64,000 bases of DNA. Origin: the human T2T-CHM13v2.0 reference genome, Homo sapiens. Made by a program: the position numbers and the translations under genes. The stretch's first letter is position 1; every line of letters begins with the position of its first letter. The stretch is taken from the NCBI RefSeq assembly GCF_009914755.1, contig NC_060930.1; one strand, 5' to 3'. The notes under the pieces were generated by a model that saw nothing but the letters and a program-made list of their open reading frames with translations, was not told the DNA's origin and searched no databases. Shown in pieces: positions 11,520 through 32,800 of this stretch.

Positions 11520-12623
11520 TGAACCACTATCCTTTTATGAAAACACCTTCACATGAACTGAGGAATCCAGATGAGAAATTATAGCACCTAGATGTAGCAG
11601 AGAATTAAGAAAAGACACATTGAAGATAGTAGGAAAGAGTCAATCCTTTCCCAAGCCTGGGTAGCACAGAGCTGAGACTTATGGTCCGTGTGAGGAAAGG
11701 AGAGTGAGGTAAGTGCCAGCTTTGCTGCAGACTCCAGCACCAGGCCTGCCACAGTGAAACTTGGCACCAGGCTGACTACCATGGCCCTAGACTCTAGGCT
11801 GATACCCATGCACTGAGACTACAAGATCACCCCAATGCTAGGCTAATCTCCATGGCGCCTAGATCTATGCCCACTCCATTCCCCATGTTAGTCCCCATAG
11901 TTTCAGGCACCAGGCTCCAACACCAGGTTGGTCCCTACAGCCCCAGTCTCCAGGTTGGCACCAGTGGATATAGGCTTTAGGTCCACTGACTGCTGGTCCC
12001 TACAGCCCCAGGTTCCAGTGAACCCAGGTTCCAGGCCTGCTCCAACAAACCCAAGGTCCAGGTCTACCCCAGTAGACCCTGGCACCAGAACTACCCCAGA
12101 GGGCCTAGCCTACAAGCTACCACCCACAAACCCAGCCTCCATGATGGCCTCTGAAGAATCAGGCTTTAGGTCTTCCCCAGCACCAGACTAGACTGCTAGA
12201 CTGATGTTCCACTTTTGTCCCCATGGACCCAGGCACCAGGCCCATCTCAGTACTAGGCAGGCCCCTGTCCTGTGAACACAGGCTCCAAGCCAGACCCTGT
12301 GGACCTAGATGCCTAGCACACCCACCTACCTATCTGGTCACCAGCCCTGTCTATCTGAGGGCACCAGCAGCAAGGCCACCCATAAAGCCCACAGATGACC
12401 TACCCAAAGTCTTGATAGGGTGACTGTGAGCAGCATTCCCTGCTGAATCCAGTCTATAAAGACTGGAATGAGTGCCCGCATTTCAATAATGCAAGGAAGA
12501 GGAATAATCAGGGAAACATGATACTACCAAAGGACCAAACACCAGTAAACAACCCTAAAGAAATGAAGATCTATGAACATCCTGAAAAAGAATTTGAAAT
12601 AATTCTTAGAAAAGCTCAGTGAC

Positions 12624-12946
<323 letters not shown>

Positions 12947-14124
12947 TCAGTGACCTACAAGAGAGCTCAAATAGGCAGCTAAATAATATTAGGAAAACAG
13001 TAAACAGACAAAATTAGAAATTTGACAAAGAGATAGAAACCATAAAAAGAACTAGGAAAATTCCGAAGCTAAAAAACACAATGACTGAACTGAAGAATTC
13101 CACAGAGAGCTCCAACAACAAAATCAAGCAGAAGAAAGTATCCGTTAACCTAAAAATAGGTCATTTAAAATTGCCCAGTAAGAGGAGAAAAAAGAAAAGA
13201 AAAAGAATAAAAAAGAGTAAAGAATATCTGTAAGACTTAAGGGTCACCATCAAGTGAACTAATTAATGCACTATGGAAGCTCCAGAAGGGGCAGAGAAAG
13301 GGAAAGGGGCAGAAAAACATAATGACAGAAAGCTTTCCAAATCTGAAGAGGGAACTAAACATCCAGACCCATGAAAGCCAAAAAATCCTAAATAGATTAA
13401 ATACAAAGAGATCTTCACCAAGACACACTGCAATTAAATTTTCTAAAGTCAAAGACAAAGAAATGCAAAAGCTGCAAGAGAAGAGCAACTTCTATAAGGC
13501 TATTAACAGATTTCTCAGCAGAGACCTCGCAGGCCAAGAGAGAATGGCCTGCAAGGTGCTGAAAGAAATAAACTGCCAATGAGGACTACTATACCTGGCA
13601 AGGCTGTCCTTCAGAAATGAAGGACAAATAGGGAGTTTCCCAGACATAACAAAAGGTATTCTTACCCATAGACCTGCCTTACATGAAATGCTAAAGGGTG
13701 TTCTTCAGGTTGAAAGGGCCCTAAAAAACAATATGAAAACACAGGAAAGTATAAAACTCAGTGTAAAAGTAAGAACATAGTTAAATTCAGAATACTCTAA
13801 TTCTATAACAGTGATGCATAAGTCACTTTTAACTCTAGTGTAAAATTAAAAGAAAAGTAATTATAATAATTTGTTCATGGAAACACAATATATAAAAGTT
13901 GTAAATTGTGACACCAATAGCATAAGATGTAGGAGAAGTTAAAGTGTATACTTTTGTATGCAGAAAAAGTTAAATTGTTCGAGCTTAAAATAGACTTATA
14001 ACTATGATCTTTCGTGTAAGTCTCATGATAACTCCAAAGTAAAAAACTGTAATAGATACACAAAATATGAAGAAAAAGAAAAGCAGTCTACCATATAAAA
14101 AAAATAAATAAATTATATAGGAAG

Positions 14125-14430
14125 GGCCAGGTGCGGTGGCTCAACGCCTGTAATCTCAGCACTTTGGGAGGCCGAGGCGGGTGGATCACCTGAGATCAGG
14201 AGTTCGAGACCAACCTGGCCCACATGGTGAAACCCCACCTTTACTAAAACTACAAAAATTAGCCAGGCATGGTGTCATGTGCTTGTAATCCTAGCTATTC
14301 AGGAGGCTGAGTCAGGAGAACTGCTTGAACCCAGGAGGTAGGGATTGCAGTGAGCCAAGATCCCACCACTGCACTCCAGCCTGGGCGAAAGAGTGAGACT
14401 CCATCCCCCTCCCCACCCCCCAAAAAAAAA
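14125..14430 (+). mobile_element. AluS
   Basis: Full Alu with a C-rich then A tail; degenerate TSD aaattatataggaag / aaatcacataggaag. Confidence 0.9.
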
Positions 14431-14690
14431 TCACATAGGAAGACATCAAGAGAGGAAGAATGGAATAAATAAATTACAAAACAGTCAAAAAGAAAATAGT
14501 AATTCCTTACCTATCAATAATTACTTTAAATGTAAATTAAGTTCTCCAATCAAAAATAGAGTGGTTGAATGGATGCAAAAACAAATAAAATTCAACTATA
14601 TACTCAGTCTTTAAGAGTCTCATTTTAGCTTTAAGGACACACAGAGTCTGAAAATAAAGAGATGAAAAAAACATTCTGTGTAATCAGTAA

Positions 14691-15385
<695 letters not shown>

Positions 15386-16284
15386 ATGTCAAGTAACTTT
15401 TTCAAACACAGTGATATAAAACTAGAAATCAGTAATGAGGCAAATTGGAAAATTTGCAAATATATGAAACTTAAACAAGACACTACTGATGGGTTACAAA
15501 AGAAATTTTACAGTAGAAAAAATAATATTGAGACAAAGTAAAATGAAAAAAAAATTTATGGGATACAACAAACATAGTTCTAAGAGGGGAGTTTATAGAG
15601 ACAAATGAATGCCTATATTAAGAAAAGAGGAAGATCTCGAACAACCTATCTTGACACCACGGGGAACTAGAAAAAGAAGAAGCTAAGCCTAAAGTTACAG
15701 AAAAAAGGAAATAATAAAGATCAGAGCAGAAATAAAGGAAATGGAGATGATAAAAATAACAGAAAAAAATCTAAGAAACAATTGGTTTTTTGAAAAGATA
15801 AACAAAAATTGACAAACCTTTAGCTAAACTATGAAAAAAATGAGAGAAGACTCAGAATTATAAATGAAAGAAAGCATTATAACGGACATAGAAATATAAA
15901 GGATCCTAAGAGACTATTATAAACAATTATACAACAATATATTGGGTAACCTAGAAGAAATAGATAAATTTCTAGAAATACACAATCTACCAAGATTAAA
16001 TCATGAAGAAAGAGAACATTTGAACAGAACAATAATGAAGGTTAAATTTATAATCAAAAAGCTACCAACAGAAAAATCCGGGACAAAATGGCTTCAGTGA
16101 TTCTACCAAACACTTAAAGAAGAATTAATGCTAATTGCTCTTACTCTGTCAGAAAATTAAAGAGAAGACAAGACTTCCAAACTCATTTTATGAGGCCAGC
16201 ATTACTTTGATAAAAAAGCCAGGGAAGGAAAAAAAGTATAAGCCAATATACCTGATACTGTCTCAACAAATTAGGTATGGAAGG

Positions 16285-16983
<699 letters not shown>

Positions 16984-17326
16984 GAAGGAGTGTATTTCAA
17001 CATAATGAAGACCACATGTGACAAGTTCACAGCTAATATGTCGTATTAAACAGTGAAAAACTGATAGTTTTTCTTCTAAGTTCAGGAACAAGATAAGGAT
17101 GTCCACTCTTGCCCCTTCTATTCAATATAATACAGGAAGTCCTAGCCACAGCAATTATGGGGGGAAAAAAGACAAGCAGATTGGAAAAGAAGTAGAGAAA
17201 TTGTCTGTTTGCAGATAACATAATCTTGTATATAGAAAACCCTAACAACTCCACCAAATAACTCTTAGAACTAACACACAGATTCAATTAAGTTACAGAA
17301 TAAAAATCAACATGCAAAAATCAGTT

Positions 17327-17629
17327 CTTTTTTTTTTTTTTTTTTTTTTTGAGACGGGGTCTCACTCTGTTGCCAGGCTGGAGTGCAGCAGTGCGATCTC
17401 AGCTCACTGCAACCTCCCTCCTGGGTTCAAGCAATTCTCCTGCCTCAGCCTCCTGAGTAGCTGGGACTACAGGTGTGTGCCACCATGCCTGGCTAATTTT
17501 TTGTATTTTTTAGTAGAGACAGGGTTTCACTATGTTAGCCAGGATGGTCTCGATCTCCTGATCTCGTGATCCACCCACCTTGGCCTCCCAAAGTGCTGGG
17601 ATCTTAGGCGTGAGCCACTGCACCTGGCC
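17327..17629 (-). mobile_element. AluSc-like
   Basis: Antisense Alu; TSD AATCAGTT. Confidence 0.9.
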
Positions 17630-18597
17630 AATCAGTTGCATTTTTATTCACTAACAATGAGCTATCAATAAAAAGAAATTAACAACACAATCCCATTTGC
17701 AATAGCATCAGAAAGAATCAAATACTTAGGAATAAGTTTAACCAAGGAAATGAAATATCTGTACACTGAAAATGATAAAACATTGATGGATGCTGTTGAA
17801 CAAGACACATGTAAATGGAAACATATTTCACTTTCATGGATTGGAGATATTAATATTGTTAAAATGTTCATACTACTCAGAGTAATCAGGAGATTCAATA
17901 CAATTCATATCAAAATTCCAATGGCATTTTTTCACAGAAATAGGAAAAACAATCCTAAAATTTGTATGGAACCACGAAAGCCTCAAATAGCCAAAGCAAT
18001 CATAGGCAAAAAGGAATAAAGCAAGAGGCATCACACTACTTTATTTCAAAATGTACTAAAAAGCTAACATAATCAAAACAGCATGGCGCTGATATAAAAA
18101 TGCACATGTAAACCAGTACAACAGAATTGAGAGCCCAGAAATGAATCTACACATTTTTGGTCAATTGATCTTTGACAAAGATACCAAGAAGACACAATGG
18201 GAAAAGGGCACTCTCTTTAATAAATGGTGTTGGGACAACTAGATAATCACATACAGAAAATAAAATTGGACCCTTATCTCATACCATAACCAAAAATCAA
18301 ATTAAAATGGATTAAATACTTAAATGTAAGACATGAAACTGTAAAACTAAGAGAAAAAAAAACAGAAAAAGAAAAAAGGCTTCTTGATATGGGTCTGGGT
18401 TGTGGTTTTTAAAAAATATAACCCCAAAGGACAGGCAACAAAAGCAAAAGTAGACAAATGGGACTGCATCAAAATAAAAAGCATCTATCTGCACAACAAA
18501 GGCTCAATAGAGTGAATAGACCAGCTATGGAATGGGAGACAATATTTGCAAACCATACTTCTTATAAGGAGTAAATATTCTAGTTTATAAGGAAATC

Positions 18598-21804
<3,207 letters not shown>

Positions 21805-22170
21805 ATTCTAGTATATAAGGAAATCAAATAATAGCAAGATAGCAAGTAATCTGATTTTAAAATGAGCTAAGGTCTTGAAAAGACTTTTCTCTAAAGAAAA
21901 CATACAAATGGCTGACATGTATATGAAAAAATGCTCAACATTGCTAATCATCAGTGAAATGAAAATCAAAACCACAAGAATCTATCACCCCACACCTGTT
22001 AGAATGGCTATCATCAAAAACACAAAAAATAACAAGTGTTGGCAAAGATGTGGAGAAAATGAAACTCTTATACACTGTTGGTGGGAATGTAAATTAGAAC
22101 AGCCATATGAAAAACAATATATGGAAGTTCATGAAAAAATTAAAAATAGAATCATCATATGATCCAGCCC

Positions 22171-22991
<821 letters not shown>

Positions 22992-24308
22992 TAGTATTTA
23001 GGCTTAAATAATAAGAAAATCCTGTTATTTTCAACAACATGAGGGAACTTGGCAACATTATGCTAACTGAAATAATCCTGGCAGAGAAAGACAATACTGT
23101 ATGATATTACTTATATGCAGAATCCAAAAAAGTTCAACTCATAGAAGCAGAGAGTAAAATAGTAGTTACCAGGGGCTACGGTGGGGATGAGGTGGAAGAA
23201 AATGTAGAGATGTTGGTCTAAAGGTACAATATTTCAATTAGGATGAATAAGTTATGGAGATCTATTGTACAGCATGGTGACCATAGTTAATAATGTATAC
23301 TTGAAAATTGCTAAGAGAGTATATTTTAAATGCTGTCACCACTAAAAAAGTGATAAATATATGCAGTGCTAAATATGTTGATTACTTTGGTTTAAACATT
23401 TCACAGTGTATACATATATTAAAACATCACATTGTACACCATAAATACATACAATTTTTGTCATTATAGCTTAAGAAGCCAGAAGGAAAAAAAGACTGTC
23501 TTTGAAATGAATGAAAACAAAAACCCAACACAACAAAAAAATTATGGGATATGGCTAAAACAATGGTTAAAGGAGGAATTTATAGCTGTAAATATCTATT
23601 AAAAAAAGAAAAAAATCTCCAATCAATAATAAGACCTCCAATTTAAAGACACTGAAAACAAAACAGTCAACTAAATCTAAAGCAAGCAGAAGGAAGGAAA
23701 TAAACAAGATTAGGATGTGATATGGGTTTGGGTCCATGTCCCCACCCAAATCTCATCTTAAATTGTAATCCCCACATGTCAAGAGAGGTACCTGGTGGGA
23801 GGTGATTGGATCATGGAGGTGGTTTCTCCCATGCTGTTCTTGTGATAGTTAGGGAGTTCTCACAAGATCTGATGGTTTTAAAAGTGGGAGTTTTTTCTGC
23901 ACTCACCAGGTCTCTCCTGCCACCTTGTGAAGAAGGCATCTGCTTCCCCTTCACCTTTCTCCATGATCGTAAGCTTCCTAAGGCCTCCAAAGCCATGCAG
24001 AACTGTGAGTCAATTAAACTTCTTTTTGTTTATAAATTACTCAGTCTCAGGTAAATATCTTTATAGCAGTGTGAAAATTGACTACTACAGAGAATTGGTA
24101 CTAGGAGTGCGGTAATGCTATAAAGATAACCTGAAAATGTTGAAGTGACTTTAGAACTGGGTAACAGGTAGAGGTTGGAATAGTTTGGAGGGCTCAGAAG
24201 AAGACAGAAAGACATGGGAAAGTTTGGAACTTCTTAGAGACTTATTAAATGGTTTTGACCAAAGTGCTGACAGTGATATAGACAATGAAGTCCAGGCTGA
24301 TGTGGTTT

Positions 24309-24848
24309 TGTTACTGGAAAGGGGTCCTGATCCAGACCCCAAGAGAGGGTTCTTGGATCTCATGCAAGAAAGAATTCAGGGTTATTCCACAGTGCAAAGT
24401 AAAAGCACATTTATTAAGAAAGTAAAGCAGTGAAAGGACAGCTACTCCACAGACAGAGTAGGATGTTCCTGAAAGTAAGAAGAGGAATGCATCCACCCTA
24501 GGTACAATGCTTGTATATTTATAGGATAAAAATAGTGCTTGGGGAGATGTGCTCTGCTACAAGGGTTTGTGATAAAGGATTAATTTTCTTAATTACTATA
24601 TTTTGCAAGAATCAATATTGTTATCTTTATAGCAAAATTGGGAATGTCCTTATTCTCCAGATATCAGGATATCTGGACACTCCCAAGTCTGGGTCTGTTT
24701 CAGTAAACATCATAAATGTGTTCCCTTAGCCATAAACATCTAGAAGCTAGGAATGTCTAATTTTCTGGAAATGTAGCCCAGCAAGTCTCAGCCTCATTTT
24801 CCCAGCCCTCACTCAAAATAGAGTCACTTTGCTCAAAAGCCTCTGACA
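24309..24848 (-). mobile_element. MER41-family solo LTR
   Basis: Minus strand TGTCAGAGGC...CCCCTTTCCAGTAACA; 4-bp TSD GTTT. Confidence 0.85.
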
Positions 24849-25098
24849 GTTTTAGATGGAGATGAGGAACCTTTTGGGAAATGGAGCAAAGGTTACTTAT
24901 GCTGTGCTTTAGCAAAGATACAGGCAGCATTTTGCCTCTGCCCTACAGATCTGTGGAACTTTGAACTTGAGAGAGATGATTTAGGGTATCTGGTGGAAGA
25001 AATTTCTAAGCAGCAAAGCATTTAAGAGGTGGCCTGGCTGATTCTGAAAGCATTCAGCTATATGCACTCACAAACACGTGGTTCAAACTTGGAACTTA

Positions 25099-26378
<1,280 letters not shown>

Positions 26379-27718
26379 AAAAGGGAAGCAGAGCATAAAA
26401 GTTTGGAAAACTTGCAGCCTAACTATATGGTAGAAAAGAAAAACCCATTTTCTGGGAGGAATTTAAGCAAGCTGCAGAAATTTGTATAAGTAATAAGGAG
26501 CTGAATGTTAATAGCCAAGACAATGGGGAAATGTCTCCAGGGCATGTCAGAGATCTTCACAGCAAACCCTTACATCACAGGCCCAAAGGCCTAGGAAGGA
26601 AATATGGTTTCCTGGGCTAGGCCCAGGGTCCTGCTCCTCTGCAGCCTGAGGATCTGGCACACTGTATGTCAGCCACTCCAACTCCAGCTGTGGCTAAAAG
26701 GGGTCAAGGTACAGTTCGGGGCCATTGCTTCAGAGGATGCTATCCCCAAGCTTTGGTGGCTTCCATGTGGTGTTGGGCCTGCAGGTGCACAGAAGACAAG
26801 AGCTGAGGTTTGGGAGCCTCCACCTAGATTTCAGAGGATGTATGGAAACATCTGGATGTCCAGGCAGAAGTCTGCTGCAGGGTCAGAACCCTTATGGAGA
26901 ATCTCTGCTAGAGCAGCGTGGAAGGGAAATGTGGGGTTGGAGCTCCCACACAGAGTCCCCACTGGGACACTGCCTAGTGGAGCTGTGAGAAGAGGGCCAC
27001 TGTCTTCCAGGCTACAGAAAGGTAGATCCACTGACAGCTTGCACCATGCACCTGGAAAAGCTGCAGGCACTCAACACCAGCCTGTGAAAACAGCCACAGG
27101 GGCTGTAGCCTCAGAGTCACAGGGGCAGAGCTACCCAGGGCTGTGGGAGATCACCCCTTGTATCAGCATGCTTGGGATGTGAGAGATGGAGTCAAAAGAA
27201 ATCATTTTGGAGCTTTAAGATTTAATGACTGCCCTGACAGGTTTTGGACTTGCATGGGGCCTGTGGCCCTATTGTTTTAGCCAATTTCTCCCATTTGGAA
27301 AAGGAAAATTTACCCAATGCCTGTACCCCCATTGTATCTTGGAAGTAACTAACTTGCTTTTGATTTTACAGGCTGATAGGTGGAAGGGACTTGACTTGTC
27401 TCAGATGAGACTTTGGACTTGGACTTTTGGTTTAATACCATAATTAGTTAAGACTTTGGGGGACTGTTGGGAAGGCATGATTGTGATTTGAAATATGAGA
27501 ATGACATGAGATTTGGGAGGGTCTGGGGGCAGAATGATATGGTTTGGCTCTGTGTCCCCACCCAAATGTCATCTCAAATTATAATCCCCATGTGTTGAGG
27601 GAGATACCTGATAGGAGGTGATTGGATCATGGGGGACAGTTTCCCCCATACTTTTATTGTGATGGTGACGGGGTCCTCATGAGAGCTGATGGTTTCAAAG
27701 TGCCAGTTTTCTTTGCAC

Positions 27719-29883
27719 TAATTTGAACTTACTTCAGTTGTCTAAAAGACACCCTAATTGTGAATCCTCTGGGATGCTCACTGTTGTCCCCATGTCCACT
27801 AAGAGTCTCTACAGGGGGTTTTAGTCAGCCTAAGTTTAGCAAATGCCTAGTTGCTTTTCCCTTTTTAAATTCACACTTTCTATAGATAGCAAGGTGTTAC
27901 AAAAATGGATTACAAACTACAAATGGCAGTTGGATGTTGAGCCTAAATTCCACAGAGAGTGAGTTATATGAGGGGGACTAACAAATAGTGACTGTAGAAA
28001 GGAGGAAGGGAAGGGTAAACTGCATTGCCCAAGGGGAGACTTCAGAGGCCCTGACTTGCTGGAGAACCTACCCAGAAGTGGAGTCACCAAAAAATATTCA
28101 GGTGGCCACTTGCCTATCACTGTAGGTGCTGTTCATCAGGCCAGGAGTCTGGGAAATCTCAATTTATTTGACCAAGAAGGGCTTGAGCAAGGCAGTTATA
28201 GGACAGCACATAGGAAGGGGCTTGCAGCTGACTATTAAGAAAATAATACTTTCAACTTTAGGGCAGAAAATGGCAAGACCAATAGTCCCCTAGGGTAAGG
28301 GGCTATAACCCACAATCCTAGAAGGAATGTCAATGCCGAAAACCCCAGAGCATCTGTTGGGGTGACCAAAAATACCTATGCTGAAAACCTGGAGTGTCCG
28401 AAGTTCAGCCAATGAGTGTTCTCTCACCAAATCCCAAAAACCTTGGGGCACCCCAGGGGTGGCCAAGAGTGAACCCCAGACCAAGCTGGGATCACAGAAC
28501 AACTTGACTCTGGTGTTCTAGAGTCCACACAATGGGGGATCTCTCACAACCAAGTATCCTGCCTTGAACAATTGCCCAAATACAGTTAACAGAAAGTCAA
28601 AAGCAAACATGACTGCAAACAAACAACTGCAATCAAAACATACATTTTTAGGACTGAAAATAAAACAAATGGTGGAGGAATAAAATGAAGTCAGAGGAAA
28701 AGAAAAAACAAAAACAAAAAATGGGAAAAGTGGTGACAAGGATATGCTTCAGAGCATCTAAACCGTGGGTAACTTTTAACTGACCACTTAGCCAAAGGCT
28801 TTCATTTCCTAGCTTACCTAATATTATGGTTGGGGAGGAGAAGAGAGGAGACATTCACCCGTTGCACCAACTAATCTCCCACGCAGGACTTGGGTATAGG
28901 TCTCTCCAGGTTCCCCCAGCTTGAGTGGGCTCAGCTGCCATATTGTGAGAGGGACAGCACAGGGACCTGTAATCCACTGACCTGCTTGGTTGGAGCAGTG
29001 GGTCCCACACAAGGCAGCAGCACCATGGCCACTTGATCCTCCACTTTGCTCTGCTGCCTGCCGGGGAAAGATGATGGCTCTTAAAAGAGTCTTTGGTTAG
29101 TGTTATAGCTCTGTAGTGTTAGAAGCTATTTATTGTTACAGCCTCGGTGTTACAGCTCTTGCAGCCTCGAGATCAGACATTTTTGCTGTCTCTCTCCTTG
29201 TGGTATTGCAGATTGCCATGTTTCCCTCTCACCAACTACTGTCTCTTGTTATTTCAGTCTCTCTGACTGCCATCTTTCATTGTCTGTCTCCAGTCGCTGC
29301 CTCTCTGTCTGTACTGTCTCACCATCCAGGTCTCACTGTCTCCACCAATCAATCACTGCCATTTCCACCAATCACTGCCGTCTCCACTGTCTTCCTCCCT
29401 TCGCTGGTCACCAGATGATGCAAGACAGGCAAGCCCCAAAATTCAGTCTTAGCCCGGGAGGGTTCTTGGCTTAGCCCAGGAAATAATTCAAGGGTGAGTC
29501 AGTGGTATTAAACAGCAACTTTTATTAAAGTGGCAGCATACAGCAGCAGCAGAAGTACTGCTCCTTGCAGAGCAGGGCTACTCCATACTCCCAGAATAAC
29601 AGCTCAGAGGCAGTTTTGCAGTCATATTTATACCCACTGTTAATTATATTAAAATTAAGGGGTGGTTTATGCAGAAATTTATACCATGAGAGAGGTAACT
29701 TCTGGGTTGTCAGGTCATTGCTATGGAAAGGAATGTTAACTTGTTGCCATGGCAATGGTAAACTGACATGGCACATTAGTGGGCATGTCTTATGGGGAGG
29801 TGCTTCTGCCCCAGACCTGTTTTAGCTAGTACTCAATTTGGTCCAATGTCTGAGCCCTGTGTTGAGTCCTGCCTCCTAGCTCA
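27719..29883 (-). mobile_element. ERV1 (MER4-group) 5' LTR (29416-29883) with PBS-like sequence and truncated internal leader
   Basis: Minus-strand LTR TGAG...GCATCA with AATAAA, followed by TCTGGTGACCAGCGAAGGGA (PBS-like); no second LTR. Confidence 0.7.
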
Positions 29884-32800
29884 TTTTTAAGGTTCATTTA
29901 AGCCATAGCATGTATCAGTACTTCATTCCTTCTAATTGGCAAATAATATCCCATTTGTGGCTAAATCATATTTTATTTATCCATTTATCAACTGATAGGT
30001 ATTTGCACTGTTCCACTTTTTAGCTGTTACAAATAAAGTGCTCCTATCAGCATTTGTGGATAAGTTTTTGTGTGGACATAAGCTTTCATATCTTTTGGGT
30101 ACAAACCTAAGAGTGGAATTGCTGAGTCATATGGTAACTCTATATTTAACCTTTTGAGGGACTACCAAACAGTTTTGCAAAGTGGCTGTACCATTTTACA
30201 TTTCCACCAACAGTGTTTCAATTTGTCCACAACTTCTCCAACACTTGATATTTCAGTCTTTTGTACTATAGCCATGTTAGGGAGTGCGAAGAGGTATCTC
30301 ATTGTGGTTTTCATTTGTGTTTTCTTTATAGTTAATTGATTTTGGCATCTTTTAATGTATTTATTGGCCATTCGTATATCTTATTTGGAGACATGTTTAC
30401 TTACATCTTTTGCCTATCTTTTAAATTATGTAATTTATATTTTAATTATTGACTTGTGAAGGTTCTTTTTATATTCTAGATACGAATCTCTTCTCAGATA
30501 TATGACTGGTAAATATTTTTTTCACATTACATGGTTGTCTTTTTACTTTCTTGCTGGTGTCTTTTGGAACACAAATATTTTACATTATGATTAAGTCCAA
30601 TTTATCTGTTTTTCTTTTGTTGCTTGAGCTTTTAGTGTCACATCTAAGAAACTGTTACCTACTACAAGGTCATGAAGATTTATTGTTATATTTTCTTCTA
30701 ACAGTTTTATACCTTTAGCTCTTACATTTAGGACTTCGATTCATTTTGAGTACATGTTTGTATGTGGTATGATGTAGGGGCCTACATTCACTCTTTTGCA
30801 TGTAGATATCTCACCATCCCAGAACCACTTTAAAAAATTTTTTATTTTTAATAGACACATAATGATAGTACCTATTTATGTGGTAAAATGTGATGTTTTG
30901 ATACCTGTATACATTGTACAGTGATCAAATAAAGGTAATTAGCATACTCATCACCTCAAATATTTATCATTTATTTTTGGTAGGAACATGCAAAATCCTC
31001 TCTTCTTGCTCTTTTGAGATATACAATACTTTTTTGTTGATTATAGTCACCCTACTGTGCTATAGGACACTGGAACTTTTTCCTCCTTTCTAATTGTAAC
31101 TTAGTACTTGTTGACCATCCTCTCCCCTTTCCCCCTTACCTCTACTCTCCCCAGTTTCTGGTGACCATTGTTCTGTTCACTACTTCTATGAGATTAACAT
31201 ATTTAGATTATGCATATGAGTAAGAACATGTGGTATTTGTCTTTCTGTGCCTGGCTTATTTCACTGAACATAATGTCTCCAAGTTTATCCATGTTGTAAC
31301 AAATGACAAGATTTCCTTCCTTTTTATGGCTGAATAGTATTCCATTACATTATACCACATTTTCTTTATCCATTCACCCATTGTTGGACACTTAGACTGA
31401 TTCCATATCTTGGCTATTGTGAATAGCCAATTAATGCAATAAACATGAGAGTTCAGATGTCTCTTCGACATACTGATTTCATTTCCTTCAGATATATAGC
31501 CAATAGTGGGATTGTTGGATCATATGATAGTTCTATTTTTAATTTTTCAGGAAGCTCCATACTGTTTCCCATAATGGCTATACTAATTTACATTCCCACC
31601 AACAGTGTATTAAGGGTTCTCTTTTCTCCACGTAATTTCTAACACTTGTTATCTGTTGTCTTTTTTATAACAGCCATTCTAACTGGAGTGAGGGGATGTC
31701 TCATTGTTTTTATTTGCATTTCTATGGTCATTAGTGACCAGGGTCATTATCCCGGATGATAAGTGATAGGTAGCATTTTTTAATATGTCTGTTGGCCATT
31801 TGTATGTCTTCTTTTGGAAAATGCCTGTTAAGGTCTTTTGGCCATTTTTTGAATGAGGTTTATTTTTTGCTTGTTGATTTAAGGTCATTATATATTCTGA
31901 ATAGTAATGCCTTGTCAATGTATAGTATCAAATATTTTCTCCCATCCTGTAGGTTGCCTCTTCACTCTGCTGATTGTTTTCTTTGCTGTGCAGAAGCTTT
32001 TTAGTTTGGCGTATCTCATTTGTCTATGTTTGGTTTTGTTGCCTGTGTTTTGAGGTCTTATCAAAAAAATCCTTGCCTAGTCCAATGTCATGAAGCATTT
32101 TCTCTATGTTTTCTTCTGTAGTTTCATAGTCTTGGGTCTTATATTTAAGTTTTTAATTCATTTTGAGTTGATTTTTGTATGGTGAAAGATAGGGGTACAG
32201 TATTCTTCTGCATATGGATATCCAGTTTCCTCAGCACCATTTATTAAAGAGATTGTCCTTTTCCCAGTGTGTGTTCTTGGCACCTTTGTCCAAAATCAGT
32301 GGGCTGTAGATGTGTGGATTTATTTCTGGGCTCTGTATTCTGTTCCACTGTTTTTTTAATGCCTGTTTTTCTGCCAATACATGCTGTTTTGGTTACCATA
32401 GGCTTGTAATATATTTTGAAGTTAGGCAGTATCATGCCTCCAGCTTTGTTGTTGTGGGGCTTTTTTTGCTAAAGATTAGTTTGGTTATTCAGAGTTTTTT
32501 GTCATTCTATATGAATTTCAGGATTTCTTTTCTATTTCTGTGAAGGATATCATTGGAAATTTCACAGAGATTACAGCGAATCTCTACATACTTTGGTATA
32601 ATATGGACATTTTAACAATATGAATTCTTCCAATCTATGAACATGGCTATCTTTCTATTTATTTGTGTTCTCTTCAATTTCTTTCATCAGTATTCTATAG
32701 TTTTTACCTCTCTGGTTAACTTTATTCCTAGGTATCTTATAGATTTTTGTAGCTATTATAAATGGAGTTGTTTTATTTCTTTTTCAGATTGTTCACTATT

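Noticed and set aside
26604-27182. 192-aa ORF
   Set aside because: Remnant of THE1/MaLR internal sequence, common to many copies
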